From a plasmid: 64,000 nt of DNA. The DNA lies in sequence record NZ_CP119397.1; one strand, given 5' to 3'. This document shows positions 58,590-64,000 of this stretch, piece after piece (position 1 is the first letter of the stretch; the number at the start of each line of letters is the position of its first letter). Both the position numbers and the translations under genes were made by a program. The notes beneath the pieces were generated by a model. The model searched no databases. It saw nothing but the letters and a program-made list of their open reading frames with translations, and was not told the DNA's origin.

Positions 58590-60089
58590 TTACCCGTTAT
58601 CTGTCAGGCAGGCGGCATTAATGATGCAGTCCCGCCCGGCGCGTTTGGCGGCATAAAGCGCGGCATCGGCGGCCTGTTTCAGGGTGGTGGCGTCATCCCC
58701 GGCGGTGGATGTGCTGATCCCGGCGCTGAGCGTGATGATTTTATCGGGCAGCAGGGAGGTATGGTGCGGCAACGCCGCGTTGTGTATCGCATACCGGATG
58801 CGTTTTGCCACCTTTTCCGCCTCATTGGCCGAGGTGCCCGGCAGGATGACCGCAAACTCCTCCCCGCCGTAACGCGCCACAACATCAGTGCTGCGGCGCG
58901 GCAGGTATTTCAACACATCAGCCACCCGCCGCAGGCACTCATCCCCCGCGACGTGGCCGAAGGTGTCGTTGTAGCTTTTGAAAAAATCGATGTCGCACAT
59001 AATCAGTGACACCGGTGCGCCGGTGAGGGACGCGCGCGCCAGGCACTGTTCCAGGTAAATATCAAACTGGCGGCGGTTGCCCAGCCCGGTCAGGCTGTCA
59101 ATCAACGCCAGATCCTGAAGCGTCAGGTTGACGCGGGTCAGCTCATCCTGTGTCTGCATCAGCTCCCGCCGGTGCCTCACGGTTTTACGGAACTGTTTCA
59201 GCACCAGCATCCCGAACAGGGAAATGGTCATCAACAGCAGCACATTGAGGCAGATAATCGCCAGGTTGTTTTTAATCCACTGGGTTTTCAGCAGATCGCG
59301 GTCAATGCCGACCGCCACCACCAGCGGGTAGCTCTGAAGCTGGGCATAGCCGAAAATACGCGTGACGCCGTCAATCGGCGAGTGCCAGGTACCGGCGCCC
59401 TGGGGCGAGGCTTTAAGCAGGCTGCGGTAGAGCGGGGTGTCTGCCATGCTCTTGTTGATGATGCGGTCTGAAAACGGACGCACGTACATCACCGTGGCAT
59501 CCAGATGGGTCAAACCGAGAATGTCTTTGGGCGACATCTCATAGTAGCCGTAAAACTGGCGGAAAAAATCGACCCGCACCGTGCCCAGCACCACCCCGCG
59601 GAACCGGCCCTGATCGTCATTCAGCCGCAAAGAGACCGGGATAATCAGGTCACCGGTCGAGCGGCTGTGGATCACATGGCCGACATGCACCCGCGCATCG
59701 TTATGCGTCCGGTGCCAGATAAAATATTCACGGTCGGCATTGTTGGCCTGCGGGTACATCCGGCGGCCGGAAGTCGCCAGCCAGTTCCCTTGCGCATCAT
59801 AAACAAAAAGCCCATGCAGTTGCGGCAACCGGCTTTTTTGCACCCCCAACAACCCCTGCGGGCCGAGGTAGCTCGCCGGGTTCGCGAAGATATCATCACC
59901 GTGGCGGACAATGTCTTCCAGCGTGATCTGCACTTGCAGGAAGGTATCCTCGGCCTGGCGGGACAAGGAGATCGACTGGTTTCTGGCCTGCTTTTCGGTG
60001 TCCTGCAACGTGTGTTGCCAGGATTGCCACATTGACCAGCCCACCACGAAGACCACGGCAACCGCAATAATAAGCAGGAAAACCGCCAT
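58590..60089 (-). CDS. sensor diguanylate cyclase, paralog of 22416-23954
   Basis: Same architecture, RYGGEEF motif; ~60-65% identity to first copy over full length by eye. Confidence 0.85.
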   Translation of the reverse strand: MAVFLLIIAVAVVFVVGWSMWQSWQHTLQDTEKQARNQSISLSRQAEDTFLQVQITLEDIVRHGDDIFANPASYLGPQGLLGVQKSRLPQLHGLFVYDAQGNWLATSGRRMYPQANNADREYFIWHRTHNDARVHVGHVIHSRSTGDLIIPVSLRLNDDQGRFRGVVLGTVRVDFFRQFYGYYEMSPKDILGLTHLDATVMYVRPFSDRIINKSMADTPLYRSLLKASPQGAGTWHSPIDGVTRIFGYAQLQSYPLVVAVGIDRDLLKTQWIKNNLAIICLNVLLLMTISLFGMLVLKQFRKTVRHRRELMQTQDELTRVNLTLQDLALIDSLTGLGNRRQFDIYLEQCLARASLTGAPVSLIMCDIDFFKSYNDTFGHVAGDECLRRVADVLKYLPRRSTDVVARYGGEEFAVILPGTSANEAEKVAKRIRYAIHNAALPHHTSLLPDKIITLSAGISTSTAGDDATTLKQAADAALYAAKRAGRDCIINAACLTDNG

Positions 60090-60337
60090 GACGCGATCAG
60101 GCGATTTAAAGCGGGATAAAGCTAAGCACTCCTCCGGTCAGGTTAACGGTGTTGCGGCATCAGTTTACGTGATTCCCCCCGGTGCAAAGGGCAGATAAAC
60201 CGCCCTGCAGAGCGTTAATCTCCCGCGCCCCGGCGGGGGACACTTCAGGTTTACTGATGCATAAGATGATTTGCGTTTAATCACTTTATCAGAGATAGCA
60301 CCGCAGACTGGTAGGTTGAGCAGAGCTTCTCCCGAAG

Positions 60338-60361
60338 TTATCCACCGTTTCTGTGGATAAC
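60338..60361. promoter_or_regulatory. inverted pair of DnaA boxes (TTATCCACC ... TGTGGATAA)
   Basis: TGTGGATAA is exact complement of consensus TTATCCACA; TTATCCACC 1 mismatch; 6-bp spacer. Confidence 0.55.
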
Positions 60362-60427
60362 CTTGAGTTTGCGCCCAGCCCATCAGCCAGGAAAAGGATA
60401 ATTTCAGGGGGTTAAAACGGGATAAAA

Positions 60428-60502
60428 ACGGCACCTTTGCAGCACAATAATAGTACCAAAAAGGTGTTTTTTTAACACTATCCCGACACCTTTTTGACAC
60501 GT
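60428..60502. repeat. R8: repeat-family copy (TAGTACCAAAAAGGTGTTTTTTTAACACT...GACACCTTTTTGACACG)
   Basis: Shares TAGTACCAAAAAGG core. Confidence 0.6.
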
Positions 60503-60713
60503 CCTGTCGTCAGCCTGGCCGCAGCGCTTCGTTAAACGAACGAAAACTGTTTTTACCGCGGTGTTTTCGCTTCAGCCGGGGTAATGTGGGAAAGAGAGAC
60601 CGCGTAAAAAAGAACAGAAAGGTGAGAGGGAAGAAACAGGCTGTTTGTACCGGCGGAATAAAAAGCAGCATGTCACATAACTTTTTTGCAGGCGCATTTA
60701 TAGCGCTGCCAAT

Positions 60714-60760
60714 CAATAAGGCACCTTAACGGTGCCTTTTTAGTACCATAAAGGTGTCAA
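60714..60760. repeat. R9: repeat-family copy (AAGGCACCTTAACGGTGCCTTTTTAGTACCATAAAGGTG)
   Basis: GGCACCTTAACGGTGCC identical to hairpin of R3/R6/R7 class. Confidence 0.7.
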
Positions 60761-60767
60761 AACAGGA

Positions 60768-61055
60768 TCACTGTAATTCGTTCTGCCCATGTTCGGCATA
60801 AAAGGCCAGCGCATAGCGGATCATATTCAGTTTGGAGCGCTGTGTTTTTTCACATAACGCTTCAAGCTGCGCGAACTCATATTCATTGAACGGGACGCGG
60901 ATAGCTTTGTAATCACGCTTGGCGTCTTTATCGTGCGTGGGTTCGGCTGCCGCACTATGGTCAGCCTGGGCTGCAAAGGCTTCTATTTTTTTATCGACCG
61001 GGATAGCCGGCGCTTCTCGGCGTTTTACCATGAGATCAACTCCTGTACCAGACAC
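60768..61055 (-). CDS. parG: ParG-like ribbon-helix-helix centromere-binding partition protein (alt. start 61031)
   Basis: C-terminal RHH (RVPFNEYEFAQLEALCEKTQRSKLNMIRYALAFYAEH) with disordered N-tail, directly downstream of small ParA. Confidence 0.6.
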   Translation of the reverse strand: MSGTGVDLMVKRREAPAIPVDKKIEAFAAQADHSAAAEPTHDKDAKRDYKAIRVPFNEYEFAQLEALCEKTQRSKLNMIRYALAFYAEHGQNELQ

Positions 61056-61660
61056 TGAATTTCCGCTTTCGCTTTGCCGTTATCCATTTCCACCACGCCT
61101 TTACCCTCAGACATACAATCGCGGTAAATTTTGCGGTCACGGATCACGGTATTCAGCAGGTTAAGGATTGGGAAATCAGCCAGGTAGTCTTTGGCTTCCT
61201 GCGTTTCATTGATCACCGGATTGGTCGGGGCCATCGTCAATACGGCACAAGGGCGCAGCGCCTCGTTGATGTCCAGCGCCTGGGTGATGATGTCATTAAG
61301 CTTCGGCAGGGTGTCCAGATCCGGCTGTGACGGGCGGAACGGCACCAGCAGCACATTGGCGGCCGTCATGCCGGTACGCAACTCGCGGCTGTCACGCCCG
61401 GCGGAATCCACCACCACATACTCATAGCGCTTGGCCAGGTCGAGCAGCGTTTCGCGGATATTGTCAAATTTCTGGATGCTGTGAACCACCGGCAGATCCT
61501 CCTGCCCGTTCCGGTCTGTGACCCAATTTGACGCGGTACCCTGGCGGTCTGCATCCACCAGAATGACATCTTTGCCCTGACGCGCCAGCTCTGCACAGAT
61601 ATTGGCCGCCGTGGTTGACTTGCCGCATCCGCCTTTCTGGCTGCCGATGAGTATAATCAT
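61025..61660 (-). CDS. parA: ParA-family partition ATPase (small type Ib, ParF/ParA-like)
   Basis: 211 aa; deviant Walker A KGGCGKST, DADRQGTAS, Walker B VVDSAG. Confidence 0.85.
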   Translation of the reverse strand: MIILIGSQKGGCGKSTTAANICAELARQGKDVILVDADRQGTASNWVTDRNGQEDLPVVHSIQKFDNIRETLLDLAKRYEYVVVDSAGRDSRELRTGMTAANVLLVPFRPSQPDLDTLPKLNDIITQALDINEALRPCAVLTMAPTNPVINETQEAKDYLADFPILNLLNTVIRDRKIYRDCMSEGKGVVEMDNGKAKAEIQCLVQELISW

Positions 61661-61777
61661 GATACCTTCCTGGAGTTAATTAAGTGCTGAATTGGTACCA
61701 ATTGAATATCAAAACGGAACACAATTCAACCCTGTTTTCAGTGGGTAAGCAAAGGCCGGCCATGCCCGCCCGCCGCC

Positions 61778-62707
61778 TCAGGGAGCCGGGTGATCCAGCG
61801 CCTGGCAGAACCAGCTCACCACCCGGCCAATCACCGCCGGCTGGAACCAGTGCAGGTCTGCATGTTCCGCGCCGTCAATGATCACATACTCAGCCTGATT
61901 GCCGCGCGCTTTCAGCGCCTCGTACAGCTGTTGGCTTTGCACCGGCGAAACCAGCGTGTCTGCGCTGCCGTGCATAATAAGGAAAGGTGGCTTTGGCCCC
62001 TCAAGGTGACCCATCGGGCTGGCCGCCAGCGCCCTGGCCGGATCAGCCGTGATTGGCGCGCCCCCATGTTCTTTAAATGCCACGCCGTTGATTAACAGTG
62101 CCTGAGTGATGGCCGGCGAACGCTGGATGGCCTGCGCTTCGGGAGAGAACCCTTCAGTAATATTAAGCAGGTTGGAAATGCCGTACAGCGTGGCGGCGGC
62201 CTGGACATCTGACGCGTGCTGTAAGTAACGTCCTTTATCAAAGGTGCGCTGCCCGTTGGTCATGGCCATCATTTGTGCCATATAGCCCCCGGCGGAATCT
62301 CCCACCACGCCGATGCGGGCGCTATCAATGCCGTACTCTTCAGCATGTTCCCGCAGAAACCGCACGGCTGCTTTGCCGTCTTCTATTAAGGAAGGGTAGG
62401 GGTTCGGTATTACCCGGTATTCCACGGCCGCCACCACAAAGCCGGCTTTCGCCAGTGCATACCGCATACCGATATATTTTTCATGGTGGGCGGACATAAA
62501 GCCCCCACCCGGAAAATAGAGGATGGCCGGTTTTTTCTGCTCACTGCGTGGGATAAGCAGTGACATTCTCAGCTGCCGGATTTCTGCCACGCTTTTGACC
62601 TGTGAGTAGATAACATGGCTGATGGCATCAATCTGTGTTTCCCGGCTCTCAACCCGGATCACCTCTGCGCCGTCTGTATAGCCGGGCAGTTCGTTGAATG
62701 CGGACAT
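61778..62707 (-). CDS. alpha/beta-hydrolase fold-3 esterase/lipase (HSL family)
   Basis: HGGGF oxyanion motif (FPGGGF), GDSAGG nucleophile elbow; AAGGAAAG SD before ATG 62707. Confidence 0.8.
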   Translation of the reverse strand: MSAFNELPGYTDGAEVIRVESRETQIDAISHVIYSQVKSVAEIRQLRMSLLIPRSEQKKPAILYFPGGGFMSAHHEKYIGMRYALAKAGFVVAAVEYRVIPNPYPSLIEDGKAAVRFLREHAEEYGIDSARIGVVGDSAGGYMAQMMAMTNGQRTFDKGRYLQHASDVQAAATLYGISNLLNITEGFSPEAQAIQRSPAITQALLINGVAFKEHGGAPITADPARALAASPMGHLEGPKPPFLIMHGSADTLVSPVQSQQLYEALKARGNQAEYVIIDGAEHADLHWFQPAVIGRVVSWFCQALDHPAP

Positions 62708-62797
62708 GATTCTTGCTTTCCTTCTTTTATATGTCGTGAAGATAGGTATAGCGAAGATTTCCCGGTCGCAGCGCAGAATCAGAACGTCATCCAGGGA

Positions 62798-62875
62798 AAC
62801 GTGATAAAAATTGCGGTGCTTTTTTGGTACTAAAAGGGAATGTTTTAAGTGTATTAAACACACTGTTTAGGCATC
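62798..62875. repeat. R10: repeat-family copy fused to a degenerate iteron (AAACGTGATAAAAATTGCGGTGCTTTTTTGGTACTAAAAGGG...)
   Basis: Iteron-like 22-mer immediately followed by TTTTTTGGTACTAAAAGG core. Confidence 0.6.
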
Positions 62876-62910
62876 AAAACAGCACCAGAATTGCGACGTT
62901 GAGGCAGTAT

Positions 62911-63610
62911 AAACGTGATAAGATTTGCGGTGCGGAACGTGTGTCTTAACAGGTTGAGAATCCGGCATTTTATAAAATGCTGGGGAGATGAGGCAGATCA
63001 AGGAAGCGTGATATTGAGTGGGCTGCACTTGAAAATTGCCATAGAGATAAAGTGCAGGAATGGGTGGCGTTCCGGTGCTGCCAGACCGGCCGTAATTCCG
63101 GCAAACCGCACTTTTTTCTGCCCTTGTGGCGATGTTTCCTTACCCCTTTTCATCCGGCCCGGCATCGTGTTGTCGCCGTTTTTCTCAGTCAGTATCAAAA
63201 AGGCATCAAAATCACGCCTTTTGCGGGTGTTTTTAGTACTAAAAGAGTATTCATTTGGCACTGCTTTTTATCTTAAGGTGATAAGATTTGCGGTGGGATT
63301 TCTCACTCATTTCACGCCAGACTGCGATCGGGCTTCCAAACGTGATATGTTTTCGGGAGCGTTTACCTTTTGAGTTAAAATAGTTAATTATCAGTGGGTT
63401 ATATCAATACCCCAGCCAGGTGAAACGTGATAACTTTTGCGGTTCATCAGCGCGCTTTCAGGCAAAGGAAAATCCATACGTGATACGTTTTGCGGTTCAT
63501 GAGAAAGGGAAACCTATTTCGCTGGGTGATGAGTCACGATCCTGCAACGGCGATCCGGTTGTGCAGGAGGATCCCATGGGCTGATCGCCAAACGTGATAA
63601 GATTTGCGGT
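62911..63610 (+). repeat. dispersed iterons I2-I7 (consensus AAACGTGATAAGATTTGCGGT) at ~60-110 bp intervals
   Basis: Copies at 62911, 63275, 63337 (degenerate), 63423, 63476, 63589, all in same orientation. Confidence 0.75.
63195..63270. repeat. R11: repeat-family copy (…ATCAAAATCACGCCTTTTGCGGGTGTTTTTAGTACTAAAAGAGT…)
   Basis: Shares AAAATCAC and TAGTACTAAAAGAG cores with R3/R4/R1. Confidence 0.55.
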
Positions 63611-63830
63611 CTTAGTTTCCATATTATTTATTACAAAACAATAAAATAGCGTATTACTTCTTGTTGAATAGCCCTTTTTTGCAATTATGCTGAAGTTGAT
63701 TGATTTCACATTATTCAGATCTTAAAAAACAAAGCGAAGCTGCGTTAGTTTGTTTTTTTCTTTGTTTCTATGTTTCTATGTTTCTTGTTTCTAGGGGTGT
63801 TTTTCCCTATCTGCTTCAACGGGTTACAAA
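63611..63830. other. AT-rich stretch with short tandem GTTTCTATGTTTCTATGTTTCT repeats (candidate DNA-unwinding element)
   Basis: Marked drop in G+C between dispersed and tandem iterons; triple GTTTCTAT repeat. Confidence 0.55.
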
Positions 63831-63833
63831 GGC

Positions 63834-63920
63834 ATACGTGATAAGATTTGCGGCTTAACGTGATAGGATTTGCGGTCTGACGTGATAAGATTTGCGGTCT
63901 GACGTGATAAGATTTGCGGC
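63834..63920 (+). repeat. four tandem 22-bp iterons (ACGTGATAAGATTTGCGG(T/C) + 3-bp spacer), followed by two degenerate copies to 63975
   Basis: Exact 22-bp periodicity (two helical turns), same orientation, adjacent to AT-rich region: classic iteron-type oriV layout. Confidence 0.8.
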
Positions 63921-64000
63921 TAAACGTGATCTCAGGATCTGTTGATAACTCGGTTTTTAAGGTGATATATTTTGCTAAAATATCACCTGTCGGAAAGCAC

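Noticed and set aside
61778-62863. Longer 361-aa version of the esterase ORF
   Set aside because: The first 52 codons have no RBS. A good AAGGAAAG SD precedes the internal ATG at 62707, giving a protein of normal HSL-family length.
63834-63975. Tandem short repeats: checked for CRISPR array
   Set aside because: Units are 19 bp with 3-bp spacers (22-bp period) and no unique spacers. This is an iteron array, not repeat-spacer architecture.

Overview
High-GC gammaproteobacterial DNA (Enterobacterales-like: CspA-family cold-shock protein, ygaU/kbp, azlCD, nfsA-like, dat-ddc, ChpS/ChpB-type TA pair, CTX-M-like class A beta-lactamase). No rRNA, CRISPR, IS or transposase genes are visible. About 60 genes are called.

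Positions 1-41.4 kb look like ordinary backbone with accessory metabolism:
- transporters: CitMHS, AzlCD, EamA, two MFS pumps, NCS1 permease, FUSC exporter
- many LysR/GntR/MocR/DeoR regulators
- the dat-ddc 1,3-diaminopropane operon
- a GntR-controlled catabolic operon reminiscent of rut (two-component flavin monooxygenase)
- an MCP + sensor-GGDEF pair and a UbiD-family decarboxylase
- a small, visibly lower-GC islet at 35.8-37.5 kb

Positions 41.5-64 kb are a mosaic:
- Eleven copies of a ~55-75 bp hairpin-containing repeat occur only here (core TAGTACCAAAAAGGCACC-N5-GGTGCCTTTTT / GGTACTAAAAG). Every copy is intergenic.
- The repeats delimit single-function modules: ABC exporter; LysR-MFS-NTF2; ChpSB-like TA; class A beta-lactamase; RtcB; secreted metallophosphoesterase plus a decaying mannosylglycerate-type PTS locus (GH38 gene with at least 2 frameshifts); second sensor-GGDEF; ParA/ParG + esterase.
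- The window ends in a plasmid-like replication/partition region: an inverted DnaA-box pair, type-Ib parA/parG, about 12 iterons (ACGTGATAAGATTTGCGGT), four of them tandem at 22-bp spacing next to a ~220-bp AT-rich stretch. A rep gene probably lies just beyond the window.

This points to a plasmid/chromid or an integrated replicon.

A tRNA-like sequence with an aberrant anticodon arm sits at 418-497, beside direct repeats and a truncated gene.
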